64,000 nucleotides of DNA, taken from positions 3,004 to 67,003 of IMG/VR virus record IMGVR_UViG_3300032164_000009; one strand, written 5' to 3'. A model generated the notes under the pieces. The model was not told the origin of the DNA, did no database searches, and saw only the letters and a program-made list of their open reading frames with translations. This DNA is from a virus. This document shows, piece after piece, positions 10,280 to 20,345 of this stretch; the stretch's first letter is position 1; every line of letters starts with the position of its first letter. Made by a program: the position numbers and the translations under genes.

Positions 10280-10735
10280 GTGGGCGACAAGATGCGATGG
10301 CTTTGGGGCGACACCAATCCGGTGCTTGCGGCCGTGGATAGCGAAACGGTGATCGAGATCGGCGACCTGCTATTCCAGGATACCGACGACGCGAAGCCGG
10401 CCTCGGAGGCGGCCAACCAGGAGCGGTTTGCCGACGCCTTCTTAGGCGTGGCGATGCAACGGAGCCGGGCGGGCGATACCGACCCGATCCGCGTGGCGAC
10501 CACCGGCGTTTTTGAGTTCGACTGCCGGGCGGGCACGTTCGAGCTGGGCGACCTGGTGGGCGGCGACGACAACGGCGCGGGAAGCGACTTGCTGAACCAG
10601 TGGGTGGCCCAAGTCCCCCGCGCAGAGCCGCTCGCCGCCTGTGCGATCGGCCGGGTGGCCCGCCGCGAGCCGCTCGCCACTACGACCGTGCTGGTGGACA
10701 TCCGCTCGCGGGTGATGACGAACGGCGTATTGTAG
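10280..10735 (+). CDS. Capsid-cement/DUF2190-like protein of planctomycete phage-like elements, located in the early region
   Basis: GDTNPV.A.VDS.TVIEIGDLL; FLGVAMQRS..G...IRVATTGVFEFDC; family recognised from memory. Confidence 0.55.
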   Translation: MGDKMRWLWGDTNPVLAAVDSETVIEIGDLLFQDTDDAKPASEAANQERFADAFLGVAMQRSRAGDTDPIRVATTGVFEFDCRAGTFELGDLVGGDDNGAGSDLLNQWVAQVPRAEPLAACAIGRVARREPLATTTVLVDIRSRVMTNGVL

Positions 10736-10782
10736 GCAAGGGAGGCCGGGCAATAACAATCCCTAAACGAGGAGAGTGAGAA

Positions 10783-11136
10783 ATGGCTACTGTAACCGAA
10801 AAGCAGGTGGGTGCAAGCCCCGCCGACACGGCCGACGAGGCCGCGATTGTCCAACACATGAGAGAAAGCGGAACCTTGCCCCAGTGGGAACAGGAGGTGA
10901 ACCCTCCCCCGCTCGAACCGCCCCCACGGAAAGCCCGGCTACGCCTCCCGTGCGGGGCCGTGATCTGGGCCGAGCGGAGTCCCGGGGGCTATTTCTACCA
11001 CGGGGTCAACCTGCTCAAGATCGACTACCCGCGCGGCTTCGACTTCGGCGACGCGCTCCGACGCTTGCCGGCCCAGACGCTGGCCGCGCTCGAAGCGGCC
11101 GTGGCCGACCTCCGACAGATCGTGGGCATCCCCTAG
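10783..11136 (+). CDS. Hypothetical protein
   Basis: GAGGAG RBS. Confidence 0.55.
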   Translation: MATVTEKQVGASPADTADEAAIVQHMRESGTLPQWEQEVNPPPLEPPPRKARLRLPCGAVIWAERSPGGYFYHGVNLLKIDYPRGFDFGDALRRLPAQTLAALEAAVADLRQIVGIP

Positions 11137-11211
11137 ACAGTCTCTCCTCCGCCGGCCCGGTGCGTGTGGGTAGCCGCCCGGGCTGGCGCGAGGGGCTGAC
11201 GGAAAAAGATC

Positions 11212-11460
11212 ATGCCACTTTGCTATCACGGCCACGGCCCCCACCACGGCGAAGAATGCCCTCGATGCCTCACCGACCTGGCTGGACAAACCGAGACGGC
11301 CCAACGGCTACGCGGTGTGGCGGGGGACGTGGAAAACGCAATCCTGGCGATCGAGGAAATGCCAATGGACGCCGGGCGACGGGCACATATTGTCGCATTA
11401 CTCGCCGACAGACAGCGGAGTATTGAGCAGGCCGCCGGCTTGCTCGGAGGAATGCAGTAA
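11212..11460 (+). CDS. Hypothetical protein
   Basis: ORF in operon context. Confidence 0.45.
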   Translation: MPLCYHGHGPHHGEECPRCLTDLAGQTETAQRLRGVAGDVENAILAIEEMPMDAGRRAHIVALLADRQRSIEQAAGLLGGMQ

Positions 11461-11477
11461 CCTTTTTTTCGAGGAGA

Positions 11478-11663
11478 GTGAACATGGACATTTTGTGCAG
11501 GAGAGGCAAGATCACAGTCAAATGGTCCCAAGGCGATCACAACGCGTTGGAGGGAATTATCTCGATCTGTCGGGACCTGGGGAAGCGGGCCGACGATGAT
11601 AAGGCCGCGGCCCTGGTCGCGCCGCTGGAGGAATTGCGAGAGCGGTCCTTCCCGACCAAGTGA
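11478..11663 (+). CDS. Hypothetical protein
   Basis: GAGGAG RBS. Confidence 0.45.
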   Translation: MNMDILCRRGKITVKWSQGDHNALEGIISICRDLGKRADDDKAAALVAPLEELRERSFPTK

Positions 11664-11720
11664 CACACACGACGCGGCCGGCGGCGGGAGGTCCGCTGTT
11701 GGCGGTCGATAAGGAGAATT

Positions 11721-12803
11721 GTGATGCTGACTTTTGGCACGGGCCAAGGCTATCTCAAGGCGGGATTCCTTGGGTTCAACAAGTCCGGCAAAACGCACAC
11801 GGCGATGCTGCTGGCGCTGGAGTTGCGGAAGCGCCTGTCGATCACAACACCCATCGCTATTTTCGACACGGAGGCGGGCGGCGAGGCGATCGCTTCGCGA
11901 GTGCGGAAAGAAACCGGGATGCCATTGATTGGCGAGAAGTCCCGCTCGATGGCAGACCTACTCAAACTCGCCCGCGAGTGCGAGGCGGGGGCCGCCGAGA
12001 TTCTCATTGTCGATTCGATCACGCATCCCTGGCGCGAGTTGTGCCAAGCCTACCTTGCCCAAGTGAACAAGGCGCGGGAAGCGATGGGGCGCGCAAAACG
12101 TACCCGCCTGGAGTTTCAGGATTGGGCCGCGATCAAGGAACGCTGGAGCGAGTGGACCGACTTCTACCTGAACAGTAAGCTCCATATCATTATCTGCGGA
12201 CGTGCCGGCTTCGAGTGGGACTTTGAGGAGACGGAAAACGCCGATGGCACGACGCGAAAAGAACTCGTCAAGACTGGCATCAAGATGAAGGTCGAAAGTG
12301 AGTTCGGTTTTGAGCCGTCGCTACTGGTCGAAATGGAACGGCTTCAAGTTCCCGACTCTTCGCAACCGACGCGGTTCCGAATCGTTCATCGGGCGACGGT
12401 GCTGGGCGACCGCTTCGACGTGATGGACGGCAAGACCATCGACAACCCGACCGGCGAATGGTTCGCCCCGCACCTGGATATGCTCACGCCCGGGGCCACC
12501 AACATCGTTGACGTGGCGGCCAAGACGGATATGCATGTTGACGAGGCCGGCGATGCCGCGTTCCAACGCGAGCGTCGGGACCGAACGAAACTTTGCGAAG
12601 AGATTCAAGGCGAGATCGTCAAGGCATATCCCGGCCAGTCCGCCGTCGAGAAGCGGGCCAAGATGGAACTGCTCGAAAAGTGCTGCGGTACGAAAAGCTG
12701 GACGGCGGTTGAAGGCTTTGGCATCGAGCGGCTGCGCGCTGCCCTTGCCGATGTTCGGGCGTATCTCAAGACGGCTACCGTTGCGGCTGGCAAGGAGGAG
12801 TAG
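11721..12803 (+). CDS. AAA-family ATPase, Sak4-like recombinase
   Basis: Walker A GFNKSGKT; DTE motif; LIVDSITHPW (Walker B). Confidence 0.8.
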   Translation: MMLTFGTGQGYLKAGFLGFNKSGKTHTAMLLALELRKRLSITTPIAIFDTEAGGEAIASRVRKETGMPLIGEKSRSMADLLKLARECEAGAAEILIVDSITHPWRELCQAYLAQVNKAREAMGRAKRTRLEFQDWAAIKERWSEWTDFYLNSKLHIIICGRAGFEWDFEETENADGTTRKELVKTGIKMKVESEFGFEPSLLVEMERLQVPDSSQPTRFRIVHRATVLGDRFDVMDGKTIDNPTGEWFAPHLDMLTPGATNIVDVAAKTDMHVDEAGDAAFQRERRDRTKLCEEIQGEIVKAYPGQSAVEKRAKMELLEKCCGTKSWTAVEGFGIERLRAALADVRAYLKTATVAAGKEE

Positions 12804-12806
12804 CCC

Positions 12807-13328
12807 ATGCTCACCGCCGGAAAATTCAAGGGCCGAGTCGTCTGGCATGGCTGGGTAACGTCTCAGGCCGGAACACCGGGCCTCGCTGTTCGCGTCGGCA
12901 TCATGGACGACTTCGCCGGCGCGGAAGAGGAAATCACCGGCACGATCTGGCTCTCACTCAAGGCGATGGGCATGGCCCGGGGACAACTCAAGGCACTTGG
13001 CTTCGATTGCGACACGCAAGAGCTTTCCGAGATTGGGGTCTCGGTTTCCTTCATCGACCGCGAGTGCGACGTGACGCTGAAGGAGGAGGAATACAAAGGC
13101 AAGGTCAGCATCAAGGTGGATCGGTTCGGGGCCGGGGCACCGCCGCCGACAAAGGACGCCCTGGTGAAGGCCCAGGCTGGGCTTCGCGGCGCGAAGAAAG
13201 CCAGGCCCCCCTACCCCGACCCGAACGCGATGCCGCCGGATGCTGGAGCCGACCTGCCGTTGGAACCGCCAAAGCGACCGCTGCGCGAGGAAGTGACCCC
13301 GCCAGCGGAAGGGGATATTCCGTTCTGA
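12807..13328 (+). CDS. Single-stranded DNA-binding protein (DUF669-like)
   Basis: Follows the Sak4-like gene; acidic C-terminal tail ending DIPF. Confidence 0.7.
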   Translation: MLTAGKFKGRVVWHGWVTSQAGTPGLAVRVGIMDDFAGAEEEITGTIWLSLKAMGMARGQLKALGFDCDTQELSEIGVSVSFIDRECDVTLKEEEYKGKVSIKVDRFGAGAPPPTKDALVKAQAGLRGAKKARPPYPDPNAMPPDAGADLPLEPPKRPLREEVTPPAEGDIPF

Positions 13329-13340
13329 GGAAGAGCCGCA

Positions 13341-14213
13341 ATGGCCAGGCCAGGGCTTAGAAATCACCCTAAATTTTTGCGGCTGGTACACATGCTGCCA
13401 ACCGAGGTGGCTCCCCACGTTTATGGGCATCTCGAATACCTCTGGAGCACGGCATACGAAACGGGAAATCCAGTGATCGGCGATGCGACAAATGTAGAGC
13501 TGGCGGCGCACTGGGAAGGTGAAGCAAACGCATTTTGCTTCGCTTTGCTTCACTGCGGAGGCGATGACAAACCGGGATTTATTGAAGCAAAACCAGATGA
13601 GCCTAACATTTTCATGGTACACGACCTCTACGATCATGCCCCCGAATATGTCCGGCGTCGGATGGAGCGTGAGGATGCCAGAAGTGCAAGCGGCAAAACA
13701 CTTTCCGAATTGAGAGCAGAGGCTGGTCGGGTGGGCGGTAAAGCAAATAAAAGCAAACGAAAGTCACTTGCTTTAAGCAAACGGAAGCAACTGACTAGCA
13801 AACGGAAGCAAACGGCGGCGCGCGAGGTAGCAAACGGCGCAACTCCCGCACCCGCACCCGCACCCGCACCCGCACCCGCACCCGCACCCGCACCCGCACC
13901 CAAAGAAAGAGCGCCGGCTATCGCCGTCACGATTCCCCCGGGGATCGACACGGAACTTTTTCGAGCCACCTGGCAGGAATGGCTCGCCTACCGACGCGAG
14001 CGGAATTTACCAATGACGCCGAGATCCCTCAATGCCCAACTCACGGACTGCCTTGAATGGGGGGAACAAAAGGCAATCGAGGCGATCAAGACGGCGATCA
14101 AGTCAACCTGGAAAGGACTCTTTGAGCCAAAGGAACGTGAACATGGACGAACCACAAAGCCTTGCGGGCCCGGTCAGCGACATCCTGCGGACGCTCAGCG
14201 AACCGCCTTCTGA
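13341..14213 (+). CDS. Replication initiator protein (lambda O-like organisation)
   Basis: N-terminal HPKF motif; internal iterons; Pro-Ala linker; C-terminal W.EW..YR...W.GLF domain; followed by a DnaC-like gene. Confidence 0.75.
   Translation: MARPGLRNHPKFLRLVHMLPTEVAPHVYGHLEYLWSTAYETGNPVIGDATNVELAAHWEGEANAFCFALLHCGGDDKPGFIEAKPDEPNIFMVHDLYDHAPEYVRRRMEREDARSASGKTLSELRAEAGRVGGKANKSKRKSLALSKRKQLTSKRKQTAAREVANGATPAPAPAPAPAPAPAPAPAPKERAPAIAVTIPPGIDTELFRATWQEWLAYRRERNLPMTPRSLNAQLTDCLEWGEQKAIEAIKTAIKSTWKGLFEPKEREHGRTTKPCGPGQRHPADAQRTAF
13740..13838 (+). repeat. Iteron-like AGCAAACG(G) repeats, putative replication origin
   Basis: Several AGCAAA(CGG) copies clustered inside the initiator gene. 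Confidence 0.6.
13845..13901 (+). repeat. (CCCGCA)9 perfect microsatellite encoding a Pro-Ala linker
   Basis: Nine perfect 6-bp units plus CCC. Confidence 0.95.
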
Positions 14214-14967
14214 CGAGCCGTCTCTGGAACAAGACCAGCGGGACTGGGAACTCCGGCATGGTTGGCGATACCAGCATCCATGCGAGGGCCGTGACCCGAC
14301 CGCCGAAGAGTTGGAGAGTTATCGGCAAGACGTAGCCGAGCAAGCCCGCCAGCATCGACAGCGGCAATGCGCCGCCAAACTGGAACGATTCATTGCCAGC
14401 GTGGGCGAGCGATACGATGGCGTGAGTCTAGCAAGCTTTCAGATCGAGCACCCAGGCCAGCAAGCCGTTGTCGATGCCGTCAACGACTACCGCAAAAACG
14501 GTCGGGAGAACATCCAAGCCGGGCGCGGGATCGTCCTTTACGGGCCGAGCGGGACCGGCAAGGATCACCTATTGATCGCTCTTGGAATTGGGGCCATCAA
14601 CGCCGGGTTCGACGTGGTGGCCACGTCAGGGCCGAAACTCGCGTCGGAACTGCGGGACCTAATCGACACGCGGGAGCCCGAAGAGGATTTTTTTCGCCGG
14701 TACACCAAGCCGAGCATTTTGCTTTTGTCGGACCCTCTCCCGCCGGGCGGCATGTTGACCAATTTTCAGGCAGAGGGCCTCTACCAAATCGTCGATGAGC
14801 GCTACCGCCGACGCAAGACCACTTGGGTGAGCCTGAACGTCGCCAGCGGCTCGGAGGCAGACCAACGGCTCGGCTCGCCCATCGTCGATCGACTGCGAGA
14901 CGGGGCGCTCTGTCTCAAGTGCGAGTGGCCGAGTTTTCGGAAGGCATGGGACCCAGAGGCGAAGTAA
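14143..14967 (+). CDS. DnaC/IstB-like ATPase (helicase loader)
   Basis: Walker A GPSGTGKD; IVDERY; IVDRLR. Confidence 0.85.
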   Translation: MDEPQSLAGPVSDILRTLSEPPSDEPSLEQDQRDWELRHGWRYQHPCEGRDPTAEELESYRQDVAEQARQHRQRQCAAKLERFIASVGERYDGVSLASFQIEHPGQQAVVDAVNDYRKNGRENIQAGRGIVLYGPSGTGKDHLLIALGIGAINAGFDVVATSGPKLASELRDLIDTREPEEDFFRRYTKPSILLLSDPLPPGGMLTNFQAEGLYQIVDERYRRRKTTWVSLNVASGSEADQRLGSPIVDRLRDGALCLKCEWPSFRKAWDPEAK

Positions 14968-15001
14968 CGCACGCCCCGCGCACAACGCCCGGGGGTGAAT
15001 T

Positions 15002-15442
15002 TTGACGGAGGTACGAGCGATGGGAAAGGACAGACAAATGGAACTGCTGACTGAGGCCGACGAGCTGCTGACCAAGATCGAAGAGGTCGAGCAGCGATGC
15101 CAATCGTCCGCGGCTGATGTTCAGCTTCGCCAAGAGGAGCTGAAAACGGCCAGGGAGGTTTACGCCGGAGCGGTGGCGGAACTGCGGGCGTTGGCTCGGG
15201 TGCGAAAAGAGGAGCACCCGCTGTTCGATGCGGTGGCCGCTGCGGCATCGCAGGTCCCCGCACGAGGCACGGTAGAACGCCCTGATTTTGAAACCGAGCA
15301 AGAGCCCTCAGCCGACGGCGAGGCCCTGACCAAGAAGATTCGCAAGATGAAGCGCGATGAGCCGAAATGGACCCAGGAGGCCCTTGCGGCGACACTGGGA
15401 ATTTCCCGACGGCAAGTGCGGAAGGCGCTTGAGGCGGAGTGA
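15002..15442 (+). CDS. Coiled-coil plus C-terminal HTH protein
   Basis: WTQEALAATLGISRRQVRKAL. Confidence 0.55.
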   Translation: MTEVRAMGKDRQMELLTEADELLTKIEEVEQRCQSSAADVQLRQEELKTAREVYAGAVAELRALARVRKEEHPLFDAVAAAASQVPARGTVERPDFETEQEPSADGEALTKKIRKMKRDEPKWTQEALAATLGISRRQVRKALEAE

Positions 15443-15455
15443 CTCCGAGAAAACG

Positions 15456-15701
15456 ATGCCGACCCAAGCCGCAAAGCGCGAAGCCCTGAAGATCGCCCGC
15501 GAGGAATGCGCCCGATGCCATGGCCGCGAGTGCGGGGATTGCTCGGACGAGTGCGGCTACTTTCGACGCACTGCGAGCAAGGCAGAGATTGAAGAGGCGG
15601 CGCGAATCGACGCGGACTGCACGAGAAGGGCTGGCGACTATAAACGCCGGCTGCCGAGGAACCACCACGACGACTTCGACACTGGAGAGGACGCCGCATG
15701 A
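15456..15701 (+). CDS. Hypothetical Cys-rich protein
   Basis: ATGA coupling to the next gene. Confidence 0.45.
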   Translation: MPTQAAKREALKIAREECARCHGRECGDCSDECGYFRRTASKAEIEEAARIDADCTRRAGDYKRRLPRNHHDDFDTGEDAA

Positions 15702-16123
15702 AGCGCACTAGACTCCGCCACCAATCCGCCAAGCACCGGCAGCGAGCCGACGAGTGCCGAGACATACGGGCCATCTTGATTGCGAAACACGGCAAGTGCA
15801 TGATCTGCGGGCACGATCCGTTTCACCCGCGACTCGACATTCCAGTTATCTGCTGGAAACTCGATGCGCACGAAATCGCCCGGGGAAAGAACAGATCAAA
15901 GGCACTCGGCAAGCCGTTTGCCACACTGATCGTCTGCCGGCTGTGCCATGAGGAGGAGTTATCGTCGGCCGCCAAATGGCCGGAGGCAAGACAACTCGCG
16001 CTCCTGAAGCTGCAGGCGCCGGAAGATTACGACCTGGCAGCCTACAACGCCTTAGTGAACCCGAAGGCACTAAACCGAATCACTGAAGCCGAAGTTGACG
16101 CTGAACTGGAGGGACTGAAATGA
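15698..16123 (+). CDS. Nin-region HNH-like zinc-binding protein
   Basis: CMICG...DAHEI...VCRLCHE. Confidence 0.55.
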   Translation: MKRTRLRHQSAKHRQRADECRDIRAILIAKHGKCMICGHDPFHPRLDIPVICWKLDAHEIARGKNRSKALGKPFATLIVCRLCHEEELSSAAKWPEARQLALLKLQAPEDYDLAAYNALVNPKALNRITEAEVDAELEGLK

Positions 16124-16533
16124 GCGACGACAGGTGCCCAAAGTGCGGAGCGTCGGCATGGAAAATCGTCGAACTGCGCAATCCGCCCTATCATTATTTC
16201 AACTGCGGATCGAGAGGAGACGCGACGACATTTGGCCAGTCGGCGGTATGTCGTGCCGTCGAACTGGAGCAGGAACTTGCCCGCCGCCGCACCAACACCC
16301 TCCTCGGCCTTCGCGGCATCGAGGCACTGGAAGATGACCCCGATCCGGAGTTTCGCCTTGCCCTGCTGGCCGGCGGGTTGAAGGTGGAGGTCGAGCGGCT
16401 GCGGGCACTGCTCCATGAAGCGTGGGTGGCCGCCGACAAGGGCGAGATCGACGGCGTTGACCTGGGGTGGATGGCCAAGTGCGACAAACTTTTTACGAGT
16501 GCGGCGAGCGAACCGAAGGAGCCGACGCCATGA
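16120..16533 (+). CDS. Hypothetical protein
   Basis: CPKCG motif; translational coupling. Confidence 0.5.
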   Translation: MSDDRCPKCGASAWKIVELRNPPYHYFNCGSRGDATTFGQSAVCRAVELEQELARRRTNTLLGLRGIEALEDDPDPEFRLALLAGGLKVEVERLRALLHEAWVAADKGEIDGVDLGWMAKCDKLFTSAASEPKEPTP

Positions 16534-16730
16534 AAAACCGAATAGCCGACCGTTGGCCCCGCGACCCGCTGAAGCGATGGAAGCGGGCAAACACCGACAA
16601 GGATTTTGTGGCCGTGGTGGTGGAAATCATGGGTGCGGACCTGCCGCTTGAGGAGGCGATCATTTTGGATTCGATCTACGGCCGTGCGGTGGCGAAGGGA
16701 ACCGAGGCAAGGAACGAAATGAGGAATTGA
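16530..16730 (+). CDS. Hypothetical protein
   Basis: AAGGAG RBS; ATGA coupling. Confidence 0.45.
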   Translation: MKNRIADRWPRDPLKRWKRANTDKDFVAVVVEIMGADLPLEEAIILDSIYGRAVAKGTEARNEMRN

Positions 16731-16733
16731 GCG

Positions 16734-17615
16734 ATGGCTGAGACAAAAATCGAATGGACGGACTTTTCCTGGAACCCAGTCACGGGATGCGAGCCGGTAT
16801 CGGCCGGCTGCCAGCACTGCTACGCCGCGCGCATGGCGAAGCGATTAGCAGGCCGCAATGGCTATCCGGCCGACGATCCGTTTCGAGTGATCGTCCATGC
16901 GGACAGGTTGAACGAACCGTGCCACTGGAAGAAGCCGCGGCGGATATTCGTTTGCTCGATGGGCGATCTGTTTCACGAGGATGTCACCGCGCAGGTGCTT
17001 GAGCGAGTATTTGCGACGATGGCCTTTTGCCTCCAGCACACATTTATAGTGCTGACGAAGCGGCCGGAGCGGCTGGCGAAGGCACTACAAATGGTCGACG
17101 CGGTTGGTCACCGACGCGACCACGTCTGGCTGGGCGTGTCGGTTGAGAACCAAGTCACGGCCGACGAGCGGATTCCGTGGCTTCTGAAGTGCCCGGCGGC
17201 GGTGCGTTTCCTCAGCCTGGAGCCGCTGCTGGGGCCGGTGGATCTGAGCGTGTGCCCCAACTGCAAAGGAATGAAAACGGTGAACGAGTCCGGGAAGCCG
17301 GACGGATCACTGGAAAAAATTTGCGGTATGTGTCTCGGCCGTGGCCGGTGGGAATTCGCCCGCGGAATTCACTGGGTCATCGTGGGCGGCGAGAGCGGCC
17401 CGGGTGCGCGGCCGATGCACCCGGATTGGGTTCGCACGATTCGTGACCAGTGCCAGCAGGCGGGCGTGCCCTGGTTTTTCAAGCAGTGGGGAGACGCCAA
17501 GCCGGACGTGATGGAGGTGAGGGCATGGGAGCGGGCAGGCTGCGACTTCAGGGAGAAGAAGGGCGGCCGCCTGCTCGACGGCCGGGAGTGGAACGAGTTT
17601 CCGGAGGTGAAGTGA
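16734..17615 (+). CDS. Phage Gp37/Gp68 (DUF5131) radical-SAM-like protein
   Basis: TKIEWTD..WNPVTGC..VS.GC.HCYA; FVCSMGDLFH; WVIVGGESG; FFKQWG. Confidence 0.92.
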   Translation: MAETKIEWTDFSWNPVTGCEPVSAGCQHCYAARMAKRLAGRNGYPADDPFRVIVHADRLNEPCHWKKPRRIFVCSMGDLFHEDVTAQVLERVFATMAFCLQHTFIVLTKRPERLAKALQMVDAVGHRRDHVWLGVSVENQVTADERIPWLLKCPAAVRFLSLEPLLGPVDLSVCPNCKGMKTVNESGKPDGSLEKICGMCLGRGRWEFARGIHWVIVGGESGPGARPMHPDWVRTIRDQCQQAGVPWFFKQWGDAKPDVMEVRAWERAGCDFREKKGGRLLDGREWNEFPEVK

Positions 17616-18070
17616 TGGGTCTACCCCCGAACCTGCGATTGATAACCAACGTCGGCCCTCCCGGCTCGCTGCAAAAGTTCCCGCCGCTCTCGCACGGCAA
17701 GAAAGGCGTGCTACGAATCATACTGCCGCTGCCGCCGACGATGAACAACTACCGGGCGTGCGTGCTGCTCGGTGGAAAGCCGCGCCTGATTACAAGCAAA
17801 GCCGGCCGTGACTATCACCAAGCCGTCAAGAGCGCCGTCTATGACCAACTTCCAACACAGGCTCCACTGAGCGGGCGCCTGTGCGTGTGGATTCTGTGCT
17901 CGATGGCTCGGAACGGAAAGAGCGACCTCGACAACCGCGTCAAGCCGGCGCTCGATGCGCTGACCGCGGCTGGTGTGTGGCGCGACGATTCGCAGATAGA
18001 TATTTTGCATGTAATGCGGGGCCCAGTCGAGGCACCTGGACGCTTGGACGTGAGAATCGAGGAAACCTAA
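17615..18070 (+). CDS. rusA: RusA-like Holliday junction resolvase
   Basis: LPLPPTMN; DLDNRVKPALDAL; DDSQI. Confidence 0.85.
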   Translation: MGLPPNLRLITNVGPPGSLQKFPPLSHGKKGVLRIILPLPPTMNNYRACVLLGGKPRLITSKAGRDYHQAVKSAVYDQLPTQAPLSGRLCVWILCSMARNGKSDLDNRVKPALDALTAAGVWRDDSQIDILHVMRGPVEAPGRLDVRIEET

Positions 18071-18097
18071 CCGGCCCACGGGCCGGAGGATGAAGCG

Positions 18098-18628
18098 ATG
18101 GTAGACCTGAACGTATTCTGCGATCCGATGACTGACAGACCGGAAAGCCGGTATGACTTATCGACCCCATGGGTGTACGACGGCTGGCGGTACGCAACCG
18201 ACGGCAGGATCTGCGTGAGGGAATTGGCGCCGGGCGAGCCCTCGTCGCCAGACGTGAGGGCCGTTGGCAAAGGCAAGCGCCCGCGAGCGCATGATTACTT
18301 CGCGGCATTCCCCAAGAACGGGTTCACTGGGGACTGGCCGGCAGCGGAATATGGCGAGGAGCCGTGTACGGCCTGCGGCGGCGAGGATAAATGCGAATGC
18401 TCGGGCTGCGGCGCATTGCACGAATGCGAAAAGTGCCACGGCCGGAAGCGCGAGTACAAGGCGTCAATGATCGCCGGCCGGCAAATCGCAGGAAGGCTCG
18501 TGGCCCGAATCGGGCTACTGAATGGCGTGAAGTTCCGGGCTGCCGGGGATGCGGAGGACGCGATTTGCTTTATCGACGCCCACGGGCGCCAGGGGAAAGT
18601 CATGCCGATGGTTCCCATTGACAAGTAG
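18098..18628 (+). CDS. Hypothetical zinc-finger protein
   Basis: YATDGRI motif; CxxC repeats; C-terminal G.VMP. Confidence 0.6.
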   Translation: MVDLNVFCDPMTDRPESRYDLSTPWVYDGWRYATDGRICVRELAPGEPSSPDVRAVGKGKRPRAHDYFAAFPKNGFTGDWPAAEYGEEPCTACGGEDKCECSGCGALHECEKCHGRKREYKASMIAGRQIAGRLVARIGLLNGVKFRAAGDAEDAICFIDAHGRQGKVMPMVPIDK

Positions 18629-18838
18629 AGAGGAGAAAAAAAATGACTCAACTTCCGTTGACTCCAGAACTCTCCGCCAAAGTCCGGCCGGAAGCGCCCC
18701 CCTGCCCTCCTCTGTTTTTTGTCCAGGCATATTCGCGCGCGTGCATGTGCTGGAAACTGATACCATCGACCGGACTTGGTTTTTTAAGCCAGAGAATGGC
18801 GGAGAATAAACAACTGCGACTCGGAACAAATTGGCTCG

Positions 18839-19414
18839 GTGCCCGCGTGGTGCGGATACCCGGGGACGCGGCGACGGCCGCAGAAAAAAAGGTGTGACGT
18901 GACCCATTACGACGGAATGCGAGAGGCCCACGCGAACGCCAACGCTGAAAGGCACAAGGCCGAAAATCGAATCGTGACGGCTCCATGCGGCTGTAGTTGG
19001 ACTTTACCTATGGGGCAAGTTCAATCGCGATGTGCGGAGCATCAAAAACCGTCGCAGCCGTCGCAGCCCGCGTTCGACGCAGAAGCGGCTCGTGGACGAT
19101 TCGTCGGACTGATGCAGTGCCTGGCAACCGGCGGAATCCTGCCTTACACGATAGACACACTTTTGGCGCTGTATGACGCTGCCCTTGATCATATCGCCAC
19201 TCAGGCCGCCCTGATCGAACGGCTCGAAGAGCGCACATGGACACGCCCGAACGTGGAATTGGAGGCCGCTATAGTTATTCAACAAGCCGCCGAAATCGAG
19301 CGGCTGACTGACGAAAACAAACTGCTACGCTCAGCGCCGGAACAAGCAACCTGGATCGGGGCGGCTGGGGCGGAACTGAAACGGCAATTGACGAATCCGG
19401 GAAACTGTCGGTGA
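18839..19414 (+). CDS. Hypothetical protein (start uncertain)
   Basis: Coiled-coil C-terminus typical of phage ead/nin-type genes. Confidence 0.45.
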   Translation: MPAWCGYPGTRRRPQKKRCDVTHYDGMREAHANANAERHKAENRIVTAPCGCSWTLPMGQVQSRCAEHQKPSQPSQPAFDAEAARGRFVGLMQCLATGGILPYTIDTLLALYDAALDHIATQAALIERLEERTWTRPNVELEAAIVIQQAAEIERLTDENKLLRSAPEQATWIGAAGAELKRQLTNPGNCR

Positions 19415-19600
19415 CCACATGATTGAGGGTCGGAAGAACCGGCGAGGATCGAGGCGACCTATCCAGGCGAGGCTACTCGCGTTTTTCTTTCGCCCCTGGG
19501 TTCAGAGCGCTTGGGGCCGGAGGGAAAAGAGCACGAGCCGACACCGTCGGGGGCTGCGGCCCATGCACTCGCCGGACCTGTCGGGCTGGAGGATACGCAG

Positions 19601-19819
19601 ATGAGACCATTCGACCGCGAACATAACCAGCGAGCCCGCCAATCGCTTGCCGAACACGGCATTGAGATGACCCCCGACCAATTGATCGCGGAGCGAAAGG
19701 CCGCGTATGCGGCGATCCGGCATGGATTGCAGGCCAAAGGGTTCCGGGTTCCGGACAGCGACGAGGAATTATTTCTCTTGATCCAAAAGGTCCTAAAAGA
19801 GCGGGGAGAAAAGCGATGA
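19601..19819 (+). CDS. Hypothetical protein
   Basis: GGAGG RBS; coupled to the next gene. Confidence 0.45.
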   Translation: MRPFDREHNQRARQSLAEHGIEMTPDQLIAERKAAYAAIRHGLQAKGFRVPDSDEELFLLIQKVLKERGEKR

Positions 19820-20178
19820 TGCCTGACGCCCTCGCCAGCCCTCGTCACCCGCAACTGCAAGCCTACGCCGAGGCCCACGCCCGCTGGATGGCCGAACACG
19901 AGCGCCAATCGCATGACGAGGGGCAGCGGAGAAGGTGGGGTACGCGATTCCAGGAGATCATGAAAACCACGGGCTTCATGCCCCGCGAGATACTGGCCGA
20001 GTCCTGGGAGTGGCAGCGGGATTACTCCGAGGCTGAGTTGTGGGCGGAGGCGATGAAGTGCTGGGAGCAGAGCAAGGGTCACTGGGCTATCGCGTCGGTC
20101 GCACACCGCTGGGCTGGGGCGGCGCTGGCGAAGAGTGAGCGGGGGATCTGGTACTTTGCGGTGATCGTGGCGGATTGA
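19816..20178 (+). CDS. Hypothetical protein
   Basis: ATGA coupling. Confidence 0.45.
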   Translation: MMPDALASPRHPQLQAYAEAHARWMAEHERQSHDEGQRRRWGTRFQEIMKTTGFMPREILAESWEWQRDYSEAELWAEAMKCWEQSKGHWAIASVAHRWAGAALAKSERGIWYFAVIVAD

Positions 20179-20192
20179 AAGGGAGAAGTGAA

Positions 20193-20345
20193 GTGGGGAA
20201 GTCCGACGACTTGCCGTTGAAGCCGTGGCGCTTCCTCTGCAACCGCTGCAATGCAGAGTACCACCAAGACGTTATCCCGCCGCGCTGTGCCCGTTGCGGC
20301 CACCCGGAATTTCGGATCGAACACGCCGAGAGGAAGCAAGGATGA
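20193..20345 (+). CDS. Small rubredoxin-like zinc-finger protein
   Basis: 50 aa ORF not in the track: WRFLCNRCN...PPRCARCGHPEF; stop overlaps the MTase ATG. Confidence 0.5.
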   Translation: MGKSDDLPLKPWRFLCNRCNAEYHQDVIPPRCARCGHPEFRIEHAERKQG

